Assembly (NCBI GenBank): GCA_043804925.1
Contig: JAZDIP010000047.1
Span: 14,987 to 78,986, forward strand
Direction: 5' to 3'
Origin: a bacterium
Lineage (GTDB): Bacteria > Bacteroidota > Ignavibacteria > Kapaibacteriales > UBA2268
Length of the DNA stretch: 64,000 bases
A program made the position numbers and the translations under genes. How positions within the stretch are numbered: position 1 is the first letter of the stretch; every line of letters begins with the position of its first letter. Shown here in pieces: positions 30,557 to 40,990 of this stretch. The notes below the pieces were generated by a model. That model did not search any database, was not told the DNA's origin, and saw only the letters and a list, made by a program, of their open reading frames with translations.

Positions 30557-32179
30557 TTATTTCAAATATCTAACTCCAATTCTCTCAGCTTCTGAAAACA
30601 AGGAAATGATTTTTAATATTTGGCTTTCAGTTGACAATTTGTAAATATTATATTTAGTTTCCCCAAAATAAAATCGTATTATTTCTAATTTAATTAACAA
30701 TAGTATATTATTCTTATCATTCTCAAACTGGTTTTTATCAAAACCGTTAATCTTGCTTTGAAAAAAATTGCTTAAATCCTTGATGTCGAAGACAGTGAAG
30801 TTATAGTTGTTCATAAAACCGGATGGGTCATTTTTAATAATTTTTTCTAATTCATTCCGATGTTGAAAATAAAAAGAATAAGCAAAAGAATATATTAATT
30901 TTTTTGAAAATAAGGTTTTTAAAAAATCCGAATTATTATTTTCATTAATTATGAAATCAGGAGTAATACCACCCCCCCCATATACATTTCTACCATTAAC
31001 TGTTTTGAACACGAGTGGGAGAGATTCGGGATTAAGAGATTTTGTAATTGATTCTCCGTCCTTCTCGACATTAAGAAATAATCTTTGCTGTATTTTATCT
31101 CTAAATTGTGCGTAATCTTTCTTTTCTTTATTTGAACGATGAATACATCTTCCTGACCTTAAGTAAAATTTTGAAATTGTTAATTTAATTCGTGAACCGT
31201 CACCAACCTCGTATATTCTATCAATTGAGCCTCTTCCATATGTAATATTTCCAGCAATCAGTCCACGGTCCAAATCTTGAATAGCGCCAGCCATAATTTC
31301 GCTCCCAGCTGCTGAATTTTGATTAGCTATTATTGTTAGGGGAATAGTATTATACTTGCCATTCTCTTGACAAATATAGACATCATCAAATGATTCATTA
31401 CGGCCTTTAGTATAGCAAATGGTGTCCCCTTTGTTTAAAAATAAACTACTAACAAAATATACGGAATTTAAGTAACCACCTGGATTATTTCTTAAATCAA
31501 TTATAAGTTTTGTCATACCATTTTTAGACAAAGTGTCCAGCACATTTTTTACCTCATCTAAGGTTGTAGAAGAAAATCTATTGATTCTAATTACTCCGAT
31601 TGATGTTTTATCGATAATAAATGAGGCATCAATCGAATTTGATGGTATTTTTTCTCTTTTTATTTCGAAATCAAGTAATCCTAAAGTTCCTGGTCTTTTG
31701 ATGGATATTTTAACGATGCTTCCAAGGGGACCTCTAAGCATCTTTGGAATTGCATTATTATCAAGACCAATTATGTTTCTTCCATCAATAGCAATAATCA
31801 TATCACCTGAAATTAATCCCGCTTTTTCTGCTGGTCCTGAGCTATTAGGGCTAATAACAATCATTGTGTCATTTACAATATCGAATTGAATGCCAATACC
31901 TACTACTTCATCTGGCGAGTTCTCATTAATACTTTTCATTTCCTCCGGTGTATAATAGACAGAGGTTGAATCAATATCATTTAACATACCTTTTATAGCA
32001 TGATTTATCAGAGTTTCATAATCATGAACATCAGTATGGTTCTTGACTATTGTTTGAAGAATGAACTCAAATTTTTTAATACTAGTATAAGGATTCTGAC
32101 AATAAGTAGTATAATTTAAACTAAATAATGAAATGATATAAGTCAATAGGCAGATTAATAATTTCATAATAAACCTCAA
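30557..32179 (-). CDS. S41-family C-terminal processing peptidase with PDZ domain
   Basis: Signal peptide, a PDZ segment (GPAEKAGLISGDMIIAIDG) and the S41 catalytic region (IIDLRNNPGGYLNS ... K). Confidence 0.8.
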   Translation of the reverse strand: MRFIMKLLICLLTYIISLFSLNYTTYCQNPYTSIKKFEFILQTIVKNHTDVHDYETLINHAIKGMLNDIDSTSVYYTPEEMKSINENSPDEVVGIGIQFDIVNDTMIVISPNSSGPAEKAGLISGDMIIAIDGRNIIGLDNNAIPKMLRGPLGSIVKISIKRPGTLGLLDFEIKREKIPSNSIDASFIIDKTSIGVIRINRFSSTTLDEVKNVLDTLSKNGMTKLIIDLRNNPGGYLNSVYFVSSLFLNKGDTICYTKGRNESFDDVYICQENGKYNTIPLTIIANQNSAAGSEIMAGAIQDLDRGLIAGNITYGRGSIDRIYEVGDGSRIKLTISKFYLRSGRCIHRSNKEKKDYAQFRDKIQQRLFLNVEKDGESITKSLNPESLPLVFKTVNGRNVYGGGGITPDFIINENNNSDFLKTLFSKKLIYSFAYSFYFQHRNELEKIIKNDPSGFMNNYNFTVFDIKDLSNFFQSKINGFDKNQFENDKNNILLLIKLEIIRFYFGETKYNIYKLSTESQILKIISLFSEAERIGVRYLK

Positions 32180-32254
32180 AATATGAAAATTTAGTGTATT
32201 TGTTAAAATTAGTTACTATATAAATAAAATTTAAAATTGCTTTTCATTTCGGAA

Positions 32255-33895
32255 TTATTTTTTCCAGAGAATCTGATATTCAATTCTTCGATTCTTTGAT
32301 CTACATTCTTCATTATTACAGTTATTATATAAAAGTTTATCTGAACCAAAACCAAATGTTTTAATTCTTGATTTTTTAATTCCATTTATAACTAAATATG
32401 ACTTAACAGATTCTGCTCTTTTTTCAGATAATTTTAAATTATAGCTCCTGTCTCCCAAATCGCATGTATGTCCTTGCAAGATTATATCTGTCTGATTGTA
32501 TTTCATTAAAAAATTCAATAATCTGTTTAAATCATTTTGATATTTATTAATTTCTAATTTATCGGAGTTTTTATCAAATAGAACGTTTAATATAGGTTCT
32601 CTGGGATATAGGTTTGTATCAGCGGATAGATTTGGTGGCTTTTGAACGGGGATATTTCCATCTTGTAAATCTTGTTGATGGCATTTTTTTAAACAGGTAA
32701 GGATTAGATTTTCACTTGTTTCTCCATACTTTCCAATTGATGAGAGGTCAAGTTTTTTAGCTGTCCCAAAACAACTATCTGCTTCAGCATATACAATATA
32801 TTTTTTCCCGTATGGTAGGACAACTTTAAAGTTACCATTCTTCGAATTTGATGTAGCTCTTCCAACAATTCCTTTATCCCCTAAATATTCAAATTTTATC
32901 TTTGCTTTAACTGCTAAATTACAATTGTCAAATACTTGTCCACTAAGAATAATTGTTGGTGTTATTTTATGTTTTAGAGGTATAATCTTAATATCAGATT
33001 TACCAAGTGAGTTTTTATCTGATATAATATAAGCCGAATCTCCTCTTGCATCAAGAGAAATATATGCATCAAAACTCAATGAATTAATATCTCCACCTAA
33101 GTTTTCTACTTCTGACCAATTCATCCAGGTATCATCGAGCCGTACGCTTTTATATAAATCATAACTACCAAAGCCGCCAACTTTATTACTGGAAAAAAAT
33201 AAAGTTCTGTTATCAGGAGCTAAAAAAGGAGCATGTTCGGCGAATTTTGAATTAACGGTTTTTCCGATATTTATGGGTTCAGACCACTCTTCAGTTGTAT
33301 CATTAAGAAAGCATACGTATAAGTCATAATTACTTTGAGATGTATTCTCATTATTTTCACTAATTGACAAAAAAAGTATCGTATTGTTATTCGCTAAGTA
33401 TGCTTCTGCGAAATCTCCTTTTGAGATATTTTCATAATTTGGTATTTCAAGAGCTTTGGGTGTTTGCCATTCATCACCTTCTTTTTCACAAACAGAGAAA
33501 CCTAAAGTATAAGTTCCATCGATATATTTACCAACTATTAAAGCTGTATTTCCATCGGGAGAAATACTACATATGCCATTAATTGTACTTTCATTAAATG
33601 GCTTCTCCATTTTTTTTGCATCACACCATGAGCCATTTGATTTTTCAGAATACCATATATATTGAAAATATTCTTCTTTGCCATCAATTGTTTCAGAATA
33701 AGATCTTGTAAAATATAATGTTTTGCCATCTGGTGATATTAATGGGGCTAATTCATCTTCTTGAGAGTTAATATTGATTCCAAGATTTGTCTGAGTATAA
33801 CCTAAGAACTGAGAAATTGCCGGATGAATAAATATCATGAAAAAAATTATTGAAATAAATAAGGATTCAATAATTCTAATTGATTTTGTTTTCAA
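32255..33895 (-). CDS. PD40 (TolB-like beta-propeller) repeat protein with C-terminal OmpA domain
   Basis: Repeated SPDGKTLYFT/SPDGNTALIVG PD40 units. The C-terminal LQGHTCDLGDRSYNLKLSEKRAESVKSYL...NRRIEY segment is OmpA-like. Paralog of 56209..57759. Confidence 0.8.
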   Translation of the reverse strand: MKTKSIRIIESLFISIIFFMIFIHPAISQFLGYTQTNLGININSQEDELAPLISPDGKTLYFTRSYSETIDGKEEYFQYIWYSEKSNGSWCDAKKMEKPFNESTINGICSISPDGNTALIVGKYIDGTYTLGFSVCEKEGDEWQTPKALEIPNYENISKGDFAEAYLANNNTILFLSISENNENTSQSNYDLYVCFLNDTTEEWSEPINIGKTVNSKFAEHAPFLAPDNRTLFFSSNKVGGFGSYDLYKSVRLDDTWMNWSEVENLGGDINSLSFDAYISLDARGDSAYIISDKNSLGKSDIKIIPLKHKITPTIILSGQVFDNCNLAVKAKIKFEYLGDKGIVGRATSNSKNGNFKVVLPYGKKYIVYAEADSCFGTAKKLDLSSIGKYGETSENLILTCLKKCHQQDLQDGNIPVQKPPNLSADTNLYPREPILNVLFDKNSDKLEINKYQNDLNRLLNFLMKYNQTDIILQGHTCDLGDRSYNLKLSEKRAESVKSYLVINGIKKSRIKTFGFGSDKLLYNNCNNEECRSKNRRIEYQILWKK

Positions 33896-34008
33896 TATTT
33901 TCCCCTACCTAAATATATTTAATTGTTGAATTTACTTATTATTTAATTCTAATTCTTGATTTATTCGATAATGTTCTAAAATAAAGAAAAATATTAAAGA
34001 AAACAAAT

Positions 34009-34044
34009 TATTTAAATTTATTTCTGAAATATCTAAGATATATC
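34009..34044. promoter_or_regulatory. 36-bp palindromic element, copy 2 (ATATCT-A-AGATAT core)
   Basis: Lies 113 bp upstream of minus-strand gene 32255..33895, in the same orientation as copy 1. Confidence 0.5.
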
Positions 34045-34413
34045 GGCTGAAGATGACGAGGGTAATGAATTTGAATTGAATATTACAGTAACAAAGGAGA
34101 TGATGCAAAAAACTTTAGGTTCGATTTTTCTAAAAAGCAATTGATATTTGTAAGGACTTCTTAAAAGAAATAATATCGACCGAAATTCTTTAGATTCCTT
34201 AATACTTGTTGGAAGTCCGACTTATTCGCCAACCTGTTTTCGTAATTGGGGCACCCTAAAATATTTTGCAATAATTTCATAAAGTTCTGTTTGTTCCTGA
34301 TACAATTAATAAATATTTATTTTTATTCTTGATGAAATTAATTATATTTACATGTCCTAATTATTGAGAATAATTAACTAAAATAAATTTCTTATTATAA
34401 AATTGGGATAATT

Positions 34414-35445
34414 ATGAGTTTTTCTGAACTTTGCATCAAATTATGTGATGTCGAATTGTCGTTACTTGACGATTTGAAAAAATACAGCACAACAAATAAT
34501 GAGTTATTATATCAATTGGAAAATCTGAAGGAAACTGCTACCAAAACATTGAATGAAGCTGAAATTCAAATCAAAAACCGCCAGAACGAACCTGAAACTT
34601 ATAATTTCTTAATTTCCTATTTAAAAGAAACTAAAATTATTACTGAGTTAATTAATAAGAATAAAAAGCACTTAGCCAACTTTTTTAATAGCAATAGAAA
34701 ATCCGTTGAAATTGAAGAGCTTATACAAAAAAAAATATTTTCACTACTAAATTCGAGATTTTTAATTATTACACAACGTAGGGTGTTGAAGTCTGGTGTA
34801 GATTTCGAAGAATTAAAAAAAGATAAGGAAGATATTGTTCAAAACGCTATGTTAAAAATCTCAAAAAATTATTTAAAAATCAATTATAAAATTGGTTTTT
34901 ATTATTGGGCTCTCAAGGTTCTATATAATAAAACAGGTGATTATTATCGTGAACGATTAAAGTATAGTTATTTTAATGATAACGTTGTAGAAATTTTAAC
35001 ATCAATTGATGATGCAATCAGCTATAAAGAAATAGAAAATGTGATAGAAGTTCTTGAAGGAAATAGAAACACTGTAATTTTCTCAATTCGCGATTGTATA
35101 CTAAAGTGTTTAAAAAAGTTAAATAAAGATTGCCAAAGATTCTTCAGGTTATTTCTTGATGAGGGATTAGATAAATGGGAAATGTGTGTTGCTTTTTATA
35201 GTATTTTTAATCCTGATGATTATTCGAAAGAACAGCAGGAGAAAATTATAGATAAATTTAATTCAAAAAAATCTTATTGTAAAAGTTTATTCTTAGAATT
35301 ACTTCAAAAAGCAAAATGTGTTGAATTAAAAGAAAACAAAAAAGATAAAAAGAAAAGTAAAAAGGTTAAAAAAGGAAATAAAAATGGGAAGAAAAATAAT
35401 AAAAATATTATACTGGCTGACTACATTGAGGGAGAAGCAAAATGA
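34414..35445 (+). CDS. divergent ECF-type sigma-70 family factor with N-terminal extension and lysine-rich tail
   Basis: A region-2-like segment (DIVQNAMLKISKNY...GFYYWALKVLYNKTGDYYRERLK, compare ...WLy.IarN...d..R...) and a region-4-like segment (CLKKLNKDCQRFFRLFLDEGLDKWEMCVAF). Confidence 0.5.
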   Translation: MSFSELCIKLCDVELSLLDDLKKYSTTNNELLYQLENLKETATKTLNEAEIQIKNRQNEPETYNFLISYLKETKIITELINKNKKHLANFFNSNRKSVEIEELIQKKIFSLLNSRFLIITQRRVLKSGVDFEELKKDKEDIVQNAMLKISKNYLKINYKIGFYYWALKVLYNKTGDYYRERLKYSYFNDNVVEILTSIDDAISYKEIENVIEVLEGNRNTVIFSIRDCILKCLKKLNKDCQRFFRLFLDEGLDKWEMCVAFYSIFNPDDYSKEQQEKIIDKFNSKKSYCKSLFLELLQKAKCVELKENKKDKKKSKKVKKGNKNGKKNNKNIILADYIEGEAK

Positions 35446-36416
35446 GCTGTATTAATGATAAAATCGGAAACAAATTGGAATTTTATCTTTTCAATAAATT
35501 AACAGAATCTGAAAAATTGGAGTTTGAAGAACATTTATTTGAGTGTAAATTCTGTTATGAACAGTATCGCGAGTTGTTTCCAGCGATTCAAACTATGCTT
35601 GAAAATACAGAATTTTTCAGGGCTGAGCTCGATAAATCAATTAATATTTTAAAAAAAAACGAAGATGTTTCGACAGAAAATACTGTTATAGGTTCACCAA
35701 TTGAACGACAAAATATCATTAAAAGAATCTTATCCAATAAGCTTACTTACTATTCAGCGGCTGCATCCGTTATTTTAGTTTTTGGTTTATATCTCACATA
35801 TCAAATTGGATATTTCTACGGGAAGGATGATAGTTATCAAAATAATAGAATTGCAGAACGTGGGGAAAGACTTTGGCATCATGAAAATTTTGGTGATACT
35901 GTTAATAATCCTTTGGGACCAGATAGTCACCGGATAAGAGAATCCCAACCATTGCCAGATGAGCAAATAGCAAGTATTGATTTGAGTTCCTTACCCGATG
36001 ACTCAAGAAATCCATGGGTATTATCTACTCAATTTAGTACAGATAGACCGGCAACAAACGAAAAATTTGAATCAGCTTTAAGAATTTACCGGGAGGGTAA
36101 TAAGTATTCACATGCATTGGAAAAATTCTTGAGCTGTGAGAGAAACGAAACTTCTAACTTTTATATTGCAATGTGCTATCTATACTTAGGTGAATTCACT
36201 TCTTCGATTCATATAATTAATCAAATGGGGAAAATTACAAATAGCGATATTAAGGATTTAGTTTATAAAGCTCTTGCTCATAATTTAATAAATATTAGAA
36301 GGCAGGAAGGAATTAATCGTATTAGTTTAATGAGAAATTTTTTAAATAATAATTATAGTAGAGATGAAATTCAATCCTTAGAAAATACAATAAATAATAT
36401 AAATATTGAAAATTAA
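35442..36416 (+). CDS. putative anti-sigma factor (zf-HC2 zinc finger, single TM helix)
   Basis: The HLFECKFCYEQY motif is an H-x3-C-x2-C zinc finger at the N-terminus, with one TM helix (LTYYSAAASVILVFGLYLTYQIG). Its start overlaps the sigma gene stop (ATGA). Confidence 0.5.
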   Translation: MSCINDKIGNKLEFYLFNKLTESEKLEFEEHLFECKFCYEQYRELFPAIQTMLENTEFFRAELDKSINILKKNEDVSTENTVIGSPIERQNIIKRILSNKLTYYSAAASVILVFGLYLTYQIGYFYGKDDSYQNNRIAERGERLWHHENFGDTVNNPLGPDSHRIRESQPLPDEQIASIDLSSLPDDSRNPWVLSTQFSTDRPATNEKFESALRIYREGNKYSHALEKFLSCERNETSNFYIAMCYLYLGEFTSSIHIINQMGKITNSDIKDLVYKALAHNLINIRRQEGINRISLMRNFLNNNYSRDEIQSLENTINNINIEN

Positions 36417-36447
36417 TATATCAACCATAAATTATTCGGAGAGCCAT

Positions 36448-39267
36448 ATGAAGACTTTTAGACTATTTTTTATTCCATTCATTACCTTTTTTTTAATTAT
36501 AGTAAATCTTTTTTCACAAATTAATACTACTAACTTTGATGAAATAAGAAACAGATATTCTTCAGCTGTTGTTGTAGTAAAGGTTATTAATAATCTTAAT
36601 GAAGAATTTCACGGGAGTGGAATTGTATTAGATTCTACAGGTTATATTGTAACCTGTAATCACGTTATTGCAGGAAGTAAAGAAATTAAAGTAATTTTTA
36701 ATGACAAAAAAGAGTATAATGTAGTATCATTTTGCAATGACCCGGTTAATGATATTGCTTTGCTAAAGATAAATGCTGGAGAATTGGAACATGTCGTGTT
36801 CAATCAATTAGGTTGCAATAAAGGAGAAAGTATTTGTGTCTTAAGTAATCCCGGAAATTTACGGAATATATTAGCTGTTGGGACAATTAGCAATTTTAAT
36901 ACATCGGGTTCTATAGTACTTGATGTAATAACTGCAAGAGGTTCATCGGGAGGGGCAGTTTTTACAACAAGCGGTAATGTTATAGGTATGATTGTATCAG
37001 GCGATGAAACACGAAGTATCACTAATGCCGTACCAATTCAGAAGATTGCTTCATTAAGGCAAAAGGGAGAATTTAAAACTTTGCCTACTACAATTCCCTT
37101 TCTAGATTGCAATCAGCTTTTAAATGAAGCTATTGATTCAATTAATAGTGGAATAAATTCTTATCATAGTGCCTTTAATCTGCTGTCCTTAATAATGAAT
37201 AGTTGTCCTGATAATCCCGGGGCTATATATTGGATGGCTTACATGTATTATAATTTGGGGAATTTTACAACCGCACTTAGTTATTATAACAGGGCATTAG
37301 AAAACAGGGATGCATTGCTTAAAATTAAAATGCTGCATGATGCTTATTTTGAGCGAGGCATTACATTAGTTGAACTTGATATGTATAGGAAAGCGATACC
37401 TGATTTCAAAGAAGCCCAGCAAATTTATCCTGTTTACAAAAACAAATGTTATTTTAATATATATTCATGTTTTTACAATCTTGACCAATGCGATAGTGCT
37501 ATCTTTTATTTCTTTAAAATTCCTTTGGAGGAAGCAAAAAACATGATTCTTGTCCGAAATACATGGGAAAATGTCATAACTTGTTTGGAAAAAACAAAAG
37601 GAGCGAATTATAAAGAAAGAATTGAATCCATTCGCAAGATTGTTGAATCATTACCTCCGCTAAATCCTGATTTTTATTTAAAAGAAGCATTGAAGTTGTA
37701 TAAATCAGGGAAATTGCAGGAAGCCAATGACTATTTGTTAGAAGGTATTTCAAAATATCCCGGAAATTATGATTTGAATTCAACGTTGGGATTGATGTTT
37801 TTTGAGCAGGGTATTCAAAGGGATGATAATAATAATTATAATTCAGCTTTACGATATTTTAACACTGCTTATAAGGTCAACGAAAGAGCAGATTTAGGCA
37901 ATAATATTGTTACTACATACTATTTGATGGCAAAATCACATTACTTATCAGCAATAGATTATTATAATCAATTGGTGATTGCAGATAATTGGGATGACCA
38001 TAAAGAAATTACAAAATTTCTTGATTCATCGAATTCTTATATAAGGAAGGCAATGCAGGATAGATATTTTAACAAAAATAATGCATCTAAATCAATTCTA
38101 TCTTTAGATACCAATATTAAATTGATGACTGCTCAAATATTAAGACAAAGAGAGAAATACAGAGAAGCACTCGATTCACTGGAGAAATATTTTGTTGACC
38201 CGAATAAATGTGAAATTCTATTTGAATTTGCAATGAATGAATTCAAATTAAAACAAAATAATAATGCTTTAAACTATATAAACAGGGCAATAGAGAATGG
38301 CAATGATTCAAAATGTCTTTGTAATATCCGGAATTTAAAAATTAATATTCTTACGAATTCAGATAATAATAAAGAAGCCTTACAAGAAGCTATGACTTTA
38401 AAAGATTTGGGATGTAAATCAGCTGGAGAACAAATGTGTTATACATTAGATAATTTTCTTGTTGATAAGTTCATTAAGAAAGAATATGATGATATAATAG
38501 ATTTTTTCATGGGTAATGACGAACTATTGGATATTTGTCCTTGTGCTAATTGGTTTTTGAGTGCTTCTAATTACAGAAAGGGAAGACTTGAGGACGAGAA
38601 GTTAAAAACAGATAGAAATCAGGCAGTTGCCAGCGAAACGAATATCCAAAATGTTTTGGAGTATTATAAACGTGCATTGACAAACTTATCAAAAGCACGT
38701 TCAATGGGATGCCAACGTAAGGATTTTTGTCTGGAATCAGCAATTCATAATTCCATGGGATTAATAATTGCGAACAATGGTAATTATATTGATTCCAGGA
38801 TAGATTACATGACTGCGAAGAAGTTTGCATCGGATAGATATGAACAGGAAGAACCTTGTAAAGGAGAATTGTTGGAAACTTATCTTCATTATGCGAATTT
38901 ATATGTATCTGATGTTGTACAAAATTACGATTCCTGCATAATTGTATGTAATGAAGGTTTAAATATATTCCCCAATAATTGTGAATTATCGTATTATTCG
39001 GCGTTTAGCTACTATAAATTATTTATTAGAGGTCAAAGCAATGAAGATTATTTATTAAGAGCTAACCAAATCGTCAATAAATTACTGGAATTTTGTCCAA
39101 AACATGTTGGTGCTTTAAGATTAGGTGTTGAGATTAATGTTCTTATGAAACAATATAAAAAAGCATGTGAATATTGCAGAAGTTTAATGAGGGAGGGGGG
39201 AGATAATCCTGATGTACCATGCTTAAAATGGTTAAGAGATAATTATCAGATTGACTGTCCTGAATAA
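36448..39267 (+). CDS. secreted trypsin-like serine protease (S1) domain fused to a ~750 aa TPR-repeat region
   Basis: Signal peptide. The catalytic-triad context (TCNHVIAG (His), NDIALLKI (Asp), RGSSGGAVF (Ser)) is followed by multiple TPR-like repeats. Start trimmed to MKTFRLFF after a GGAGAG SD. Confidence 0.65.
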   Translation: MKTFRLFFIPFITFFLIIVNLFSQINTTNFDEIRNRYSSAVVVVKVINNLNEEFHGSGIVLDSTGYIVTCNHVIAGSKEIKVIFNDKKEYNVVSFCNDPVNDIALLKINAGELEHVVFNQLGCNKGESICVLSNPGNLRNILAVGTISNFNTSGSIVLDVITARGSSGGAVFTTSGNVIGMIVSGDETRSITNAVPIQKIASLRQKGEFKTLPTTIPFLDCNQLLNEAIDSINSGINSYHSAFNLLSLIMNSCPDNPGAIYWMAYMYYNLGNFTTALSYYNRALENRDALLKIKMLHDAYFERGITLVELDMYRKAIPDFKEAQQIYPVYKNKCYFNIYSCFYNLDQCDSAIFYFFKIPLEEAKNMILVRNTWENVITCLEKTKGANYKERIESIRKIVESLPPLNPDFYLKEALKLYKSGKLQEANDYLLEGISKYPGNYDLNSTLGLMFFEQGIQRDDNNNYNSALRYFNTAYKVNERADLGNNIVTTYYLMAKSHYLSAIDYYNQLVIADNWDDHKEITKFLDSSNSYIRKAMQDRYFNKNNASKSILSLDTNIKLMTAQILRQREKYREALDSLEKYFVDPNKCEILFEFAMNEFKLKQNNNALNYINRAIENGNDSKCLCNIRNLKINILTNSDNNKEALQEAMTLKDLGCKSAGEQMCYTLDNFLVDKFIKKEYDDIIDFFMGNDELLDICPCANWFLSASNYRKGRLEDEKLKTDRNQAVASETNIQNVLEYYKRALTNLSKARSMGCQRKDFCLESAIHNSMGLIIANNGNYIDSRIDYMTAKKFASDRYEQEEPCKGELLETYLHYANLYVSDVVQNYDSCIIVCNEGLNIFPNNCELSYYSAFSYYKLFIRGQSNEDYLLRANQIVNKLLEFCPKHVGALRLGVEINVLMKQYKKACEYCRSLMREGGDNPDVPCLKWLRDNYQIDCPE

Positions 39268-39308
39268 ATAATGAAAATCAGTTAAGAAATAATTATTATA
39301 AATAAATT

Positions 39309-39342
39309 TTTCGAGATTTTCCATTTTTCCGCAACATAGTAT
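39309..39342 (+). promoter_or_regulatory. conserved promoter-like motif TTTCGAGATTT-N12-CAACATAGTA, copy A (upstream of 39383)
   Basis: One of three copies (also 43720-43752 and 49123-49154) with near-identical flanks and spacing, each 40-50 nt upstream of a plus-strand start codon. Confidence 0.55.
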
Positions 39343-39382
39343 TTAAAGTTTATGTTGTTAATATTTTTAAAAGGAAAGAAAA

Positions 39383-39649
39383 ATGGAAAAGACAGACAAA
39401 ATTCCTTGCCCCAGATGCAAGGGTAAAAGTGTTAGTATTGGTTCACCCAATACATTTAAAGTTCTAAAATGGTTTCTGATTATTTTGGTTGGTGGTTCTG
39501 TTTCATCAGTATTGTCATATCTTACGGAAGTCAGGGCAGTTGGAATAATATCATTTTTTGTTATAGCTTTTATTGTAAAGACATTTCCAAATATGGTAAT
39601 GTTAAAATGTAACAGTTGTGGTAAAAGTTGGTTCCAGCCATATATTTAG
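39383..39649 (+). CDS. small membrane protein with split zinc-ribbon (CPRCKG...CNSCG)
   Basis: 88 aa with two CxxC pairs flanking two TM helices. Starts MEK, like the peptide at 43799. Confidence 0.45.
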   Translation: MEKTDKIPCPRCKGKSVSIGSPNTFKVLKWFLIILVGGSVSSVLSYLTEVRAVGIISFFVIAFIVKTFPNMVMLKCNSCGKSWFQPYI

Positions 39650-39718
39650 AAGCATTAAAAAACATTATTTTTTTTTAAAAGAAATTCATTATTGTCATAT
39701 TTTACTCAGGAGACTCAA

Positions 39719-40216
39719 ATGAAAAAATCATATTTAATTTTTCTTTTTATAAGTTTATTTTTATTTACAAATGTTTTTGTGAAAGCTCAAAGTAAAAGCT
39801 TAATAGACTGCTTGGAATCACTTCATTATTCTTCCATTCAATTAACACCGAATATGTACGGACATTTTGAAATGGAGGCAATGCTTGACGGTAAACATCC
39901 AATTGTACTAATTGTAGATACTGGTTCCAGCATGTCATTACTTAGCAAATCTCTTTTAGATTCCGTTGGCTACGTTACTCATCCTGTACCTGACCCTGAA
40001 GGCAGAGAATTGTGGAGAGTCCGCGTTGACAGTCTGACATTCGGGAAAGCTAATACCGGTCGTAAAGAATTAATTGTAGGTAACCTCGACGAATTATTTC
40101 CGGGATTTGATGCTTACGGTAAAAGAATACATGGATTAATCGGTTCAGATTTACTTTCAAGGTATTCTGCCCTTATAGACATTGAATGGTCAAGATTATA
40201 TTTACTTGTTAGATAG
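39719..40216 (+). CDS. secreted retropepsin-like (clan AA) aspartic protease
   Basis: Signal peptide and the VLIVDTGSSMSLL active-site D-T-G-S motif of bacterial retroviral-type aspartyl proteases. Start trimmed to the ATG after AGGAG. Confidence 0.6.
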   Translation: MKKSYLIFLFISLFLFTNVFVKAQSKSLIDCLESLHYSSIQLTPNMYGHFEMEAMLDGKHPIVLIVDTGSSMSLLSKSLLDSVGYVTHPVPDPEGRELWRVRVDSLTFGKANTGRKELIVGNLDELFPGFDAYGKRIHGLIGSDLLSRYSALIDIEWSRLYLLVR

Positions 40217-40249
40217 AAACAATCTTTAAACAAATTTTTGGAGGTTAAA

Positions 40250-40948
40250 ATGAAAAAAGCTAATATTCTAATTGCATTAGCTTTACTTGTTATAGCAAAT
40301 AGCAATCTCTTTTGTGGGAAATATTCGGATACTGTAGAAATCAATGTTTTTGCAGAATTAATTGATTACGAAGTTCCTGCTGACACTAATTATATATATG
40401 GAGGAGCAGCATTAATGGAAGGTGATGTTAATGTAGGTTTATCAAAAAAAGGACTTGATTCTGCTCATCTTATTTTTATACAAGCTTATTTCAATATGGG
40501 ATTTGGGAAAATTAAAAATACAGGACAATCTGAAATAATATTGAATTGTGATGATGAACTTAAATCATCTGTAAGAAAACAAGTTGATGGGAGTCAGTCA
40601 TCTTCAGCAGATTTAAGTTTGATAACTTTGTCAAAAAGTGATTTTGATGTCATTTTTCCTGAGTCTATTTTAATCCGATATGATAAATTCAATTGGATGG
40701 TTGTAGATAATTTCAACTTTAATAAAGAAGATTTAGATTTACTCCTCAAAGAAAAGAAAGGGGAAAATAATACAGGGATATTAGCTGAAGATTATAAAAT
40801 GCAGATAAGACCTGAAGTTGCCACAATGAAAGCTATAAGAAGTAAGGAATGGAAAATAAAAATTGGCGCGACATTGCATATTAAAGAAAATCAAGAATCA
40901 GGGGAATATACAGGGCTTTGCCGTGTAATTGTAAAATATAAGGATTGA
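40250..40948 (+). CDS. hypothetical secreted protein
   Basis: Signal peptide and no recognised motif. Start after GGAGG. Confidence 0.4.
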   Translation: MKKANILIALALLVIANSNLFCGKYSDTVEINVFAELIDYEVPADTNYIYGGAALMEGDVNVGLSKKGLDSAHLIFIQAYFNMGFGKIKNTGQSEIILNCDDELKSSVRKQVDGSQSSSADLSLITLSKSDFDVIFPESILIRYDKFNWMVVDNFNFNKEDLDLLLKEKKGENNTGILAEDYKMQIRPEVATMKAIRSKEWKIKIGATLHIKENQESGEYTGLCRVIVKYKD

Positions 40949-40990
40949 GAAAAATATACGGAATTATTAAAAAATATAAATGGAAGATAA

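Noticed and set aside
34044-34413. Possible gene fragment (..AEDDEGNEFELNITVTKEMMQKTLGSIFLKSN) upstream of the sigma-like gene
   Set aside because: Only about 30 codons, with no start or RBS context. Cannot be distinguished from chance in AT-rich sequence.
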